A stretch of DNA of 64,000 bases, taken from positions 64,001-128,000 of the IMG/VR virus record IMGVR_UViG_3300028887_000002; one strand, given 5' to 3'. The DNA comes from a virus (taxonomy: Duplodnaviria; Heunggongvirae; Uroviricota; Caudoviricetes). Both the position numbers and the translations under genes were made by a program. The notes under the pieces are model-generated. The model was not told where the DNA came from. It was given only the letters and a program-made list of their open reading frames with translations, and ran no database searches. How positions within the stretch are numbered: position 1 is the stretch's first letter; each line of letters opens with the position of its first letter. Shown here piece after piece: positions 10,095 to 19,057 of the stretch.

Positions 10095-12026
10095 TTATTG
10101 CGGTTTCTGTTCTTCACCTTCTGGCATGTTACTACCTTGTGAGAAATTACCACCATTGAACATGTCGCCGAAGTTTGCACCGAACGGATTTGACGTTGGG
10201 TTGGTTTGTGGGTTTGCTTGTGAATAAGCCTTTCCACTTACAGCATACATACGTTCCTGCATTGCCTTGGTGATTTCTTCCATCTTGTCAATGTCATCGG
10301 TTTTCTTTACTTCCTTGAGTTCTTCAATCTTTTCTTCCAAGAACTTCTTATCATCATCAGTCATGACTTCGGGTTTGTCCTTGAAATCCTCAATAATCTT
10401 TTCGGCCTGGAACAATATGCTCTCGAAACTATTGAGTTTGTCGGCACGTTCATTTGCCTTAGCATCTTCCTCAGCGTGTTCTTCAGCCTCTCTCTTAATT
10501 CTTTCAACCTCCTCATCAGTAAGGCTGTTCTTGTTTTCGATGGTAATGTGCTGTTCCTTGCCAGTCGCCTTATCCTTTGCTGTTACTGTAAGGATTGAGT
10601 TAGCATCAATATCGAATGTAACTTCAATCTGTGGTATACCATGTCTTGCGGGGGCAATACCGTCAAGATTAAACTCACCAACAACCTTGTTGTCTCTTGC
10701 CATAGGTCTCATACCGTTAAGAACCTTGATGGTTACTGCGGGCTGGTTGTCCTCTGCGGTTGTGAATATCTGCGACTTTCTGCAAGGTATAGTTGTGTTG
10801 GCTTCAATAAGTGTTGTAGCAACGCCACCCATAGTTTCAATTGAATAGTTCATAGGGCATACGTCAAGCAACAATATATCTCCAGCACCCTCACCGCCGA
10901 CAAGGGTGTTAGCCTGTATAGCCGCGCCTTCCGCTACTGCAAGGTCAAGGTTGGATGATTTTATGAGTTTTACTCCGAATTCCTTTGTAAGCGCTTCTTG
11001 TACCATCGGGATACGGCAAGAACCACCGACAAGCAATATACCGTCAAGGTCTGACTTTGTAAAGCCCGATGCTTCCAACGCCTTCTTTGCACATTCTATA
11101 ATGCGGTCAACAAACCATTGGATAAGTTGTTCAAACTTAGCCCTTGATAAGTTACAAACCAAATGTAGTGGTGCGTTGTCCTTTGAAGTAATGTAAGGTA
11201 GGTTGATTTCGGTCATACTTGAAGATGAAAGTTCAATTTTAGCCTTTTCAGATGCTTCAATTATACGAGACATTGCCTGTGCATCACCAGAGAGGTCAAT
11301 ACCATTTTCTTTCTTGAATTCTGATATCACATATTCAGCAATCTTCTTATCAATATCACTACCACCAAGATAAACATCACCGTTGGTTGCTTTTATTTCA
11401 ACAATATTATCGCTAATATCAGCAATGGACAAATCGCTGGTCGCGCCACCTGTGTCTACCACCATGTATTTTCCACCCTTATCCATATCAATATTAGATG
11501 AAAGGATTGCGGCTGTTGGTTCAGCAATAACCCTAAGAACATTCAACCCTGCAAGTTCACCAGCCTTCTTTGTGGCACTTCTTGCATTGTCAGAGAAAAA
11601 TGCTGGAACTGTAATAACAGCGTCAGTAACCTCTTCGCCAATATAATCTTCGGCGGTTTTCTTTAATTTAGAAATAATCATTGACGATATTTCTTCTGGA
11701 GAATATTCCTTACCTTCTACCGAAACTCTCGGTTGTCCGTTGCGGTTTACCACGTCATATTGCACGTGTTTAATATCCTTTTCCGATTCAGCATAAGTTG
11801 CACCCATAAACCTCTTGATAATGTTAACGGTTTCTTTGGGATTAACAATCATCTGTCTCTTGGCTGAATTACCGACCTTGCGTTCTCCATTCTTCAACGC
11901 AACTACTGACGGGGTGGCGCTTGAACCTTCCTCGTTTACTATTACTACAGGTTTTCCTGCTTCAATTACTGCGACTTCTGATAATGTACTACCTAAGTCG
12001 ATTCCAATTGCTTTACTATTTTTCAT
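10095..12026 (-). CDS. dnaK: molecular chaperone DnaK/Hsp70 (divergent)
   Basis: GIDLG, TVPAFF, EPTAA, LVGGS.RIP, DILLLDV linker, PQIEVTFDIDAN. Confidence 0.95.
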   Translation of the reverse strand: MKNSKAIGIDLGSTLSEVAVIEAGKPVVIVNEEGSSATPSVVALKNGERKVGNSAKRQMIVNPKETVNIIKRFMGATYAESEKDIKHVQYDVVNRNGQPRVSVEGKEYSPEEISSMIISKLKKTAEDYIGEEVTDAVITVPAFFSDNARSATKKAGELAGLNVLRVIAEPTAAILSSNIDMDKGGKYMVVDTGGATSDLSIADISDNIVEIKATNGDVYLGGSDIDKKIAEYVISEFKKENGIDLSGDAQAMSRIIEASEKAKIELSSSSMTEINLPYITSKDNAPLHLVCNLSRAKFEQLIQWFVDRIIECAKKALEASGFTKSDLDGILLVGGSCRIPMVQEALTKEFGVKLIKSSNLDLAVAEGAAIQANTLVGGEGAGDILLLDVCPMNYSIETMGGVATTLIEANTTIPCRKSQIFTTAEDNQPAVTIKVLNGMRPMARDNKVVGEFNLDGIAPARHGIPQIEVTFDIDANSILTVTAKDKATGKEQHITIENKNSLTDEEVERIKREAEEHAEEDAKANERADKLNSFESILFQAEKIIEDFKDKPEVMTDDDKKFLEEKIEELKEVKKTDDIDKMEEITKAMQERMYAVSGKAYSQANPQTNPTSNPFGANFGDMFNGGNFSQGSNMPEGEEQKPQ

Positions 12027-12081
12027 TTCGTTAAATTTTAATTTCGTTATTTTTGCATTCTATTTATCTAATTCCGTACCA

Positions 12082-14265
12082 TTAGTATTTTACTGTCATT
12101 TTGTCAGTATTTTCTGCCAATTCCTTAACTTTATTAAGGAAGAATCCGTCTTTATGTGACACATTGATACTTCTTTCCCTAATAGTTTCGGGAATTTCGT
12201 CATAAAGTTTTTGCATTACGTCCTTTGGCATATTAGTATGTTTTGTTAAATAACTTGCAGAGGAAACTAACATATTACGCCACTCTTCACTTTCAAATGT
12301 GCGCCTTACGTCATTTTCGCAGGTCTTGATTATGTTCTTGATTTCAGTATTGACTGAAATTTCGTTTGATGGGTCGTTTATTAATAAACCGCCATTTGTT
12401 ACTGGTTCAGTCTTAAGGTATGTGGTAGTATAGCCATTTGCACCCAAACCATACCTGCGTATCATTGCTGAAGCCAATTTGGTTGCTTCCATAAGGTCGC
12501 TTTGTGAACCAGCAGTTCTGTATTCTGTACCAAATACTATCTTTTCAGCCATATACCCACCCAAAGCAACACGTATCCTGTCCATAAGTGCGGTTTTTGT
12601 ATCGGTTGTATTATTATCAAGATTAATCTCCCATAGCATAAAACCTTCAGTGTTTGAAGATGCTGTCCGTGAACATAACTTTTCTGGCATCTTGCCATAG
12701 AGTTTAGCATACATTACAAAGTGACCGCTTTCGTGTACGGCTGTTATTGCCTGTTCGTCATTATTCTTTTCCTTGCGGAGGTTGTCTGTGCGCAATACTT
12801 CAGTGAACTCTATACAATCCACAGGTGCGTATTTGTCGGGTTCGTCAATATAAAGTGGTTCGTTGTAAAGTTCAATTACTGTATGGTTGTTTTCATACTT
12901 GAAATTAATACGTTTCAAATCAATACCTCTATCTTCGGCATATTCAACAATCTTGGCAAACTTTGTCTTTACTATTTCGTAAGTGGAAGAAAAGACTGGC
13001 CTTGTACCTTGTGTCGGAAATACAGAATCATTGTATATAATATCAACAATGCTTTGGTCGTATGTAACCAATATGTCATAGGTGGATTTTATTGCATTTG
13101 CATACCTATCAATATCCATCTTTATTATTTTTCTGAAATCTTCAGTAGTGAATGATGGGTATGTAATCATTATGTTGCCCAAACGTGAAATTTGCTCGTT
13201 TCTGAATCTTTTTTGCAATGATGATTTTATATCTACTATGCTAATCTTCTTGGTTATCTCGTGGAACTGGTCGGGAGACATGTCGGGGTCAACATCATAT
13301 GACATTGTATATGCTTCGTCAATGTTCGCAAGGACGAAAATAAGACAGTTCTTATAATTCATTGTAATACCTTTAATAGATTCTGTCACTATCTTGTAGA
13401 TAATGTCAAAAATGCCTTCTATGTCCTTGTCTGTAAAGTAGGCAACAAAGTCTGAAAACGTTTCAAACCTCTTGTCAATCTTGCTTTGGTATGCAACGAA
13501 TCCGTAGAGTCTTTTTAACGTGCTGACATTAAGGAAAAATTTACCCAAGTCACACCTCCAAGGTGTTGGAAGACTACACTCATCATCATAATCATATTGT
13601 TCTATTTTATTTAGTTTTTCATTCTTGTCGTCAATGTTGAAATATTCCTTTATTTCTGATATGCTTGCGGTGTCGAACGCTTTTAAACATTCCTCAGCAT
13701 TAACCCATTCACCGTTAACTAACTTAATGTCACAGTTATTCATAAGTCTGTCACACCAAGTAATCAAACTACCGAAATATCTTGCATCGTAATAGGACAT
13801 ACGTTTCTTTAATATTCCATCATCCAGTAACTCCCAGAAGGTTTTGAGACCAGACCTGTTGTCTTTTTCCTCACCGTCCTGTGATTTTGTGGCAGCATAT
13901 TGGAACTCGTCATAAACAAATACGATATTGGACTTGTCAATCGGAACTTCATTGTCGAACATTTCCTTTACCTCCCAGTTGGTATTCTCACTAATCTGGG
14001 CAAAGTTGAAATATACCATATCCTTTTCGATGTCCAGTAATTGCATAAGTCTCTTTACGAGAGATGTCTTTCCACAACCAGTCATACCGAAAAGGTTTAT
14101 GACAATAGGCTTGTCTATAAGTTGCGGAAACAAATACCAGGTACGCATATTGTTTATTACCTGTTCAATGATTGGGTCTATTCCTACATATTCTTCCTTG
14201 AGAACCTTCTCGGCATTATTAAGAAGTTTCTTCTTCGCTTCAATTTCCTTTGTGTTAATTTGCAT
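12082..14265 (-). CDS. AAA+ ATPase (Clp-like) fused to M41 (FtsH-type) metallopeptidase, no transmembrane segment
   Basis: Walker A GMTGCGKT, Walker B VYDEFQ, HESGH, LGGYMAE, SDL..AT; GGAGGA upstream of ATG 14265. Confidence 0.8.
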   Translation of the reverse strand: MQINTKEIEAKKKLLNNAEKVLKEEYVGIDPIIEQVINNMRTWYLFPQLIDKPIVINLFGMTGCGKTSLVKRLMQLLDIEKDMVYFNFAQISENTNWEVKEMFDNEVPIDKSNIVFVYDEFQYAATKSQDGEEKDNRSGLKTFWELLDDGILKKRMSYYDARYFGSLITWCDRLMNNCDIKLVNGEWVNAEECLKAFDTASISEIKEYFNIDDKNEKLNKIEQYDYDDECSLPTPWRCDLGKFFLNVSTLKRLYGFVAYQSKIDKRFETFSDFVAYFTDKDIEGIFDIIYKIVTESIKGITMNYKNCLIFVLANIDEAYTMSYDVDPDMSPDQFHEITKKISIVDIKSSLQKRFRNEQISRLGNIMITYPSFTTEDFRKIIKMDIDRYANAIKSTYDILVTYDQSIVDIIYNDSVFPTQGTRPVFSSTYEIVKTKFAKIVEYAEDRGIDLKRINFKYENNHTVIELYNEPLYIDEPDKYAPVDCIEFTEVLRTDNLRKEKNNDEQAITAVHESGHFVMYAKLYGKMPEKLCSRTASSNTEGFMLWEINLDNNTTDTKTALMDRIRVALGGYMAEKIVFGTEYRTAGSQSDLMEATKLASAMIRRYGLGANGYTTTYLKTEPVTNGGLLINDPSNEISVNTEIKNIIKTCENDVRRTFESEEWRNMLVSSASYLTKHTNMPKDVMQKLYDEIPETIRERSINVSHKDGFFLNKVKELAENTDKMTVKY

Positions 14266-14284
14266 TGTTATTCCTCCATTATTG

Positions 14285-14551
14285 TTATTTAGTGTATTGT
14301 TCACAACAGTTGCCGATATCTTCACTCTCATTATCAAGTTCGTAAATGCTGATATAATATTCTAAATCCCAAAACAACCAAGATAAAGTTATGTAATTAA
14401 GTTTATGGCACCATTCACCATTCACCATTATTTTAGGGATATCAATCATAAGTCTCGGCAATATTTCACAAGTTCTTTCTTGTCTAAAAGTTATAGAACT
14501 GTCTCTTTTATTATTAAAATTAATTCTTTTGATAATTCGTCCTATTCCCAT
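14285..14551 (-). CDS. hypothetical protein
   Basis: 88 aa ORF in operon context. Confidence 0.55.
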   Translation of the reverse strand: MGIGRIIKRINFNNKRDSSITFRQERTCEILPRLMIDIPKIMVNGEWCHKLNYITLSWLFWDLEYYISIYELDNESEDIGNCCEQYTK

Positions 14552-14554
14552 AAT

Positions 14555-14776
14555 TCATTCCTCCATGTCAATGTGTTTTTGCACCTTGTTGACTGTAAGT
14601 CTAATATTGTTCTTAACGTCCATAAAAGTTCCATGTATTTCCGTTTCCTTGAAACCTTCACTGGTAAGATATGCTTTCGCAGCATCTTCGCTATCAAAGT
14701 AGCCAATCTGTCCAATTCTATATGGGACTGTGCCGAGACGCATGTTGCGTTCAAATATTAAGTAAATTTCTTCCAT
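14555..14776 (-). CDS. hypothetical protein
   Basis: Likely start MEEIYL; operon context. Confidence 0.6.
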   Translation of the reverse strand: MEEIYLIFERNMRLGTVPYRIGQIGYFDSEDAAKAYLTSEGFKETEIHGTFMDVKNNIRLTVNKVQKHIDMEE

Positions 14777-14783
14777 ATGTAAA

Positions 14784-15710
14784 TTATTTATTAAGTTCGT
14801 TAAAAATTTCACCCATCTCGTGCAACGTTAACCTGCGTCCGATTGTTATCTTTCGTCCGCAGACCTTGGTGTCGTTATCGTTTATTTCATTCGACCTGTC
14901 TTCAAGAACGACCTCGTGAAAGACTACATTTTCACCCGAATAGTAGTTGAAGCAATCCAACGGGTTCAAACAACCATGGAACCCGTGCCTGCATAATTCT
15001 GCCTCATCACAGGTATAGGTTTCCCCTTCCTTGTATTGGAAATTAAAGCAGGTCATATCAGAGTTAAAGCCTTTATAGGCGATATGACCTTGTGGTTGTC
15101 TCTTTATTCTCGTGTTATAAAATGCAAATTGGTGAATACTTGTTACCGAATCTGGGATGTTAATAGAGGTAAGGTTGTAGCAACCAGAAAACGCACCCCA
15201 TTCAATTTTCGTCACCGAATCGGGAATGTTGATTGAGGTAAGGCCGCGGCAACCTCTAAATGCATCATCGCCAATTTCCGTCACAGAATCGGGGATGTAG
15301 ACTGAGGTAAGACTTCTACATTCCAGAAATGCACCATTGCTAATGCTTTCAACTGAATTGCCGATTGTTACCGATGTCAATCCACTACAACCTCTAAACG
15401 CCTCATAATCAATATATGTAACAGAATTGGGGATTGTCAATGTTCCTCTCAGTCCGCTGCAACCTTTAAATGCACCCCAACCAATTTCTGTCACTGAATC
15501 AGCAATTGTAACCGATGCCAGTCCGCTGCAAAAAGAAAATGCACCATCGCCAATGCCAGTAACAGAATTGGGAATTGTCACTGATGTCAGACCGCTACAA
15601 AAAGAAAATGCACCATCGCCAATTATTCTCACACTATCAGGTATTACAACATCGGCACCATTGCCTTTGTAGTCTATAAGTTCGCCGTTTTTTATTATAA
15701 AATCTTCCAT
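14784..15710 (-). CDS. BspA-type leucine-rich repeat protein with C-terminal YKGF/GFH.C (DUF7666-like) domain
   Basis: About 8 x 23-aa C..LTSV.IP.SVT.IG..AF repeats; C-terminal AYKGFN.DMTC..FQY..G.TY..LC..GFH.C.NPLD..NYY. Confidence 0.85.
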   Translation of the reverse strand: MEDFIIKNGELIDYKGNGADVVIPDSVRIIGDGAFSFCSGLTSVTIPNSVTGIGDGAFSFCSGLASVTIADSVTEIGWGAFKGCSGLRGTLTIPNSVTYIDYEAFRGCSGLTSVTIGNSVESISNGAFLECRSLTSVYIPDSVTEIGDDAFRGCRGLTSINIPDSVTKIEWGAFSGCYNLTSINIPDSVTSIHQFAFYNTRIKRQPQGHIAYKGFNSDMTCFNFQYKEGETYTCDEAELCRHGFHGCLNPLDCFNYYSGENVVFHEVVLEDRSNEINDNDTKVCGRKITIGRRLTLHEMGEIFNELNK

Positions 15711-15736
15711 AAAAAAATAATCTTTGTTTGACAGTG

Positions 15737-15767
15737 CAAACATATAACATTTCTCCGAAAGTACAAA
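15737..15767 (-). promoter_or_regulatory. Bacteroidota sigma-A type promoter
   Basis: Minus strand TTTG-N19-TATGTTTG. Confidence 0.7.
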
Positions 15768-15814
15768 ACTTTTTTTTATTTTTTCTTTTTTCTATTTTTT
15801 AATAAAAAAAACAT

Positions 15815-16813
15815 ATGATAAAAGTTTTTACTTCATTTAGTGGTTATGACAGCCAGTGCCTGGCACTTGAAAGGGCTGGTATTGAATATGACCTTGTGGG
15901 TTGGTCGGAAATTGATAGTTATGTCATTCGGGCGCACAACGCATTGTTTCCTCAATGGAAAGATAGGAAATATGGTGATATTAGAAACATCAATTGGGAC
16001 AATGTCCCTGACTTTGATTTATTCACCTATAGTTCTCCATGCCAAGATTTCTCAAAGGCTGGTAAACTGGAAGGCGGTGAGAAGAATAGCGGTACGAAGT
16101 CTTCGTTGTTATGGGAATGTGAAAAGGCGATTTCAGCCAAAAAACCAAAAATATTGCTTATGGAGAACGTGCGAAATCTGACTTCCCCTAAATTTATACC
16201 ATTATTCAATAATTGGTTATCGGTATTGGAATCCTGTGGGTATAAGAACTACTGGCAGATAATGAGCGCCAGGGATTATGGCGTCCCCCAAAATCGTCCA
16301 AGGGTGTATGTGGTTTCTGTTAGGAATGACTTGGTGGAAACTTATGGTGATTTTTCATTTCCAAATCCAATTGAACTAAAACAGCCGTTATCTAGTTATA
16401 TTCAGACAAATGTTGATAAAAAATATTATTTATATGAGGATAATGCTGAATTTGTTATATCAAAATGTAAAAAAATCGAAGAATATCCGTCAGTACTTGG
16501 GTGGACACGTGATAGGGAAGGGAAGATTGTGAACTACCACCCAGTGGAATCTGCTAATTGTCTAACTGCAACCAAACGTGATAACACACAGAACTATATA
16601 CTTGAATTGGTGGACGGTGTGCAACGTGTTAGAAAACTCACAGAATGGGAATGTTTTGCCTTGATGGGATTAACCGATACAGAAATTAAAACTATATTGG
16701 AATCAGGCGTTCCAAAAACATTTCTTCATAAAATGGCTGGAAATTCCATAGTTGTTGATGTTTTGTGCGAAGTTTTTCAGAATATCAACTATTTATACTT
16801 TAATGGCAACTAA
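15815..16813 (+). CDS. DNA (cytosine-5)-methyltransferase
   Basis: FSGYD motif I, SPCQDFS motif IV, MENV, PQNRPR, MAGNSIVV. Confidence 0.93.
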   Translation: MIKVFTSFSGYDSQCLALERAGIEYDLVGWSEIDSYVIRAHNALFPQWKDRKYGDIRNINWDNVPDFDLFTYSSPCQDFSKAGKLEGGEKNSGTKSSLLWECEKAISAKKPKILLMENVRNLTSPKFIPLFNNWLSVLESCGYKNYWQIMSARDYGVPQNRPRVYVVSVRNDLVETYGDFSFPNPIELKQPLSSYIQTNVDKKYYLYEDNAEFVISKCKKIEEYPSVLGWTRDREGKIVNYHPVESANCLTATKRDNTQNYILELVDGVQRVRKLTEWECFALMGLTDTEIKTILESGVPKTFLHKMAGNSIVVDVLCEVFQNINYLYFNGN

Positions 16814-18707
16814 AAAAGAGGAATATATTAAATGTGCTACCGACAAGACGCGAAAGTACTTTATAGAGACTTACTTGTCCACCTTCAATGCTGATGAACG
16901 CACTGAGGTGGCATTTAAATTGTTTCCGCGCCAACTTGTATTCTTGGATAGTCTAGTTGAGAATCCAAATACTATAGCAATCAAACATCGTCAGGCTGGT
17001 ATAACAACAGTGTCGGCTGCCTGGATTACTGGCCAGATAGTCTTTGCGAACCGCAAGTCCCCCGAAACAGTGCTTTGCATAGGAAACAAACTTGATATTT
17101 CGCAACAGTTGCTTGAGAAAATTGCTGGATTCCTTGACCAGGTACCCAGATGGATGTGGGGCGCGGATTATTATTCGCCAGACCCGACAGACCCAAAGAA
17201 TAGGCGGTCTATATACATAACTCGAAATAAGGCTAAACTGGAACTCTTTAATGGGTGTACGGTACACGCTAGGTCAAGTGGTGAAAATGCTGCCCGTGGT
17301 ATTTCTGCCGTATCAATACTGATATTTGACGAGGCTGCTTTTATTCAGAACGGTATGACTGTTTATGCACAGGCAGTTGCTGCCACATCATCTGTTCGTA
17401 ATGCAAAGATAATTATGGTTTCAACCCCTAACGGTAAAGACCATTTGTATTACAGGACATACAATAATGCATTAAAGGGCGAAAATAACTATCATCCTGT
17501 GGAATTTAAGTGGTTTCAAGACCCAAGATACAACAGAAGTCTCTACTGGTCGAAGAAGAATCCTGAAACTGGTGAGATTGAACTTGAATACGACCCTGTT
17601 ATTGACAAGAGGGGTAATATAGAATATAACGAGGGCAGATGGCGTAAACTTGAAAAGGATGGTTGGATACCCAACAGCCCTTGGTATACTTCAATGTGCA
17701 AGTCATTCAATAACGATGAAATGAGAATTGCACAGGAATTGAATGTATCATTCCTTGGGTCATCGGATAACGTCATACCGCCAGAGGTTATTGAGGCACA
17801 CCTTAACCAAAATGTGATTGAACTTCCTGAAGACTGGCCACTAAAAGACCCGCTTATGAACGAAACGTGGATTTGGGAAGACCCGATACCTGGTCACAGA
17901 TATATATGCGCCTGTGATATAAGTTCTGGGTCTAGCGATGATAGAACTGCTATAGAGATTATTGATGTTGATGCTATAGATGAAAATGGTAGACCTTATT
18001 TCAATCAAGTCCTTGAATATTATGGTAAAAGAACTGCTGATGAAGTGGGAGAAATGATATTCCATTACGGAACAATGTATAACGATGCATTGGTTGTAGT
18101 TGAATGTATTGGCGGTTATGGTGACGGGGCAGTATTGCAACTCAAGAATATGAAATACCCCAACCTTTATTACGATGAGCCATCACTCAAGACTTATACT
18201 GCACAAACGACTTATGCAAGGTTTAAGATGAATGATACTGAGAAACTTCCAGGGTTTAGGACTAATTCATTGAGAATACAGTGTATATCAACTTTCGTTG
18301 CAATGCTTAAGGATAATTCCTTTAGAGTAAGGAGTTCAAGGATTATAAGTGAAATGGAGACTTGGATATGGAAAAGTGGACGACCAGACCATATGGACGG
18401 TTGTCACGATGATACGCTTACCTGTCTTTCTATGGGACTTTTCATATTACAATACTATATGATACGTTCAGACAAACAGAAGGCGAAGGATAAGGTTATG
18501 GTGAGTTCGTGGCGGACAAGCAGTGGCGTAACTACACCGAAACACGAGCAGGATAACGTGTCAATGCACGATATGTCAAAGAAAAATCCTCCGTTCTATA
18601 CATCAAGTTACCTCAACAAACAGAAGGACTCAAACCTGATGGCTATGTTGATGTTGGGCGGATATTATAAACAATATAAAGAGAAATATAATGGTAAAAA
18701 GAGTTAG
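16803..18707 (+). CDS. terminase large subunit (T4 gp17-like)
   Basis: IKHRQAGIT Walker A, LIFDEAAF Walker B, VSTPNG, RNase H-like CDISSG and HDD. Confidence 0.93.
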   Translation: MATKKEEYIKCATDKTRKYFIETYLSTFNADERTEVAFKLFPRQLVFLDSLVENPNTIAIKHRQAGITTVSAAWITGQIVFANRKSPETVLCIGNKLDISQQLLEKIAGFLDQVPRWMWGADYYSPDPTDPKNRRSIYITRNKAKLELFNGCTVHARSSGENAARGISAVSILIFDEAAFIQNGMTVYAQAVAATSSVRNAKIIMVSTPNGKDHLYYRTYNNALKGENNYHPVEFKWFQDPRYNRSLYWSKKNPETGEIELEYDPVIDKRGNIEYNEGRWRKLEKDGWIPNSPWYTSMCKSFNNDEMRIAQELNVSFLGSSDNVIPPEVIEAHLNQNVIELPEDWPLKDPLMNETWIWEDPIPGHRYICACDISSGSSDDRTAIEIIDVDAIDENGRPYFNQVLEYYGKRTADEVGEMIFHYGTMYNDALVVVECIGGYGDGAVLQLKNMKYPNLYYDEPSLKTYTAQTTYARFKMNDTEKLPGFRTNSLRIQCISTFVAMLKDNSFRVRSSRIISEMETWIWKSGRPDHMDGCHDDTLTCLSMGLFILQYYMIRSDKQKAKDKVMVSSWRTSSGVTTPKHEQDNVSMHDMSKKNPPFYTSSYLNKQKDSNLMAMLMLGGYYKQYKEKYNGKKS

Positions 18708-19047
18708 CGAAGAATATATTACTTCAATAGTACGTCAAGTTATTAACGAAAGTCTTTCGGAAGGTTTCTTTGGTGACGCATTGAATTTCAGCCGTTATGA
18801 TTATACATTGTCAGTCGGTTCAAACCTTATTGATAAGTTCATTGATGACCTCAAGTCCCGTAACATTAGGTTCAAACTTGGTCGACCAATAGAAGGTGGT
18901 GGTAATTTTGTCCATTTCAAATCTGAGAAAGATTATGACCGAGCAAGTGAAATATACGATAGCGAACTGATGAATACCTACGGGCGTAGTATCGCCGAAG
19001 GTTGTAAAAAATCGAAAAAAGGACTATTTTCTAAATATATAAATTAA
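18691..19047 (+). CDS. hypothetical protein between terminase and portal
   Basis: N-terminal SEEYITSIVRQVINES segment. Confidence 0.7.
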   Translation: MVKRVSEEYITSIVRQVINESLSEGFFGDALNFSRYDYTLSVGSNLIDKFIDDLKSRNIRFKLGRPIEGGGNFVHFKSEKDYDRASEIYDSELMNTYGRSIAEGCKKSKKGLFSKYIN

Positions 19048-19057
19048 GTTTTAGACT

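Noticed and set aside
7783-12026. Bacterial chromosome or prophage flank suggested by dnaK, dnaJ and infC
   Set aside because: The genes are divergent, lack their normal neighbours (grpE, rpmI, rplT) and are interleaved with phage genes and phage-type promoters.
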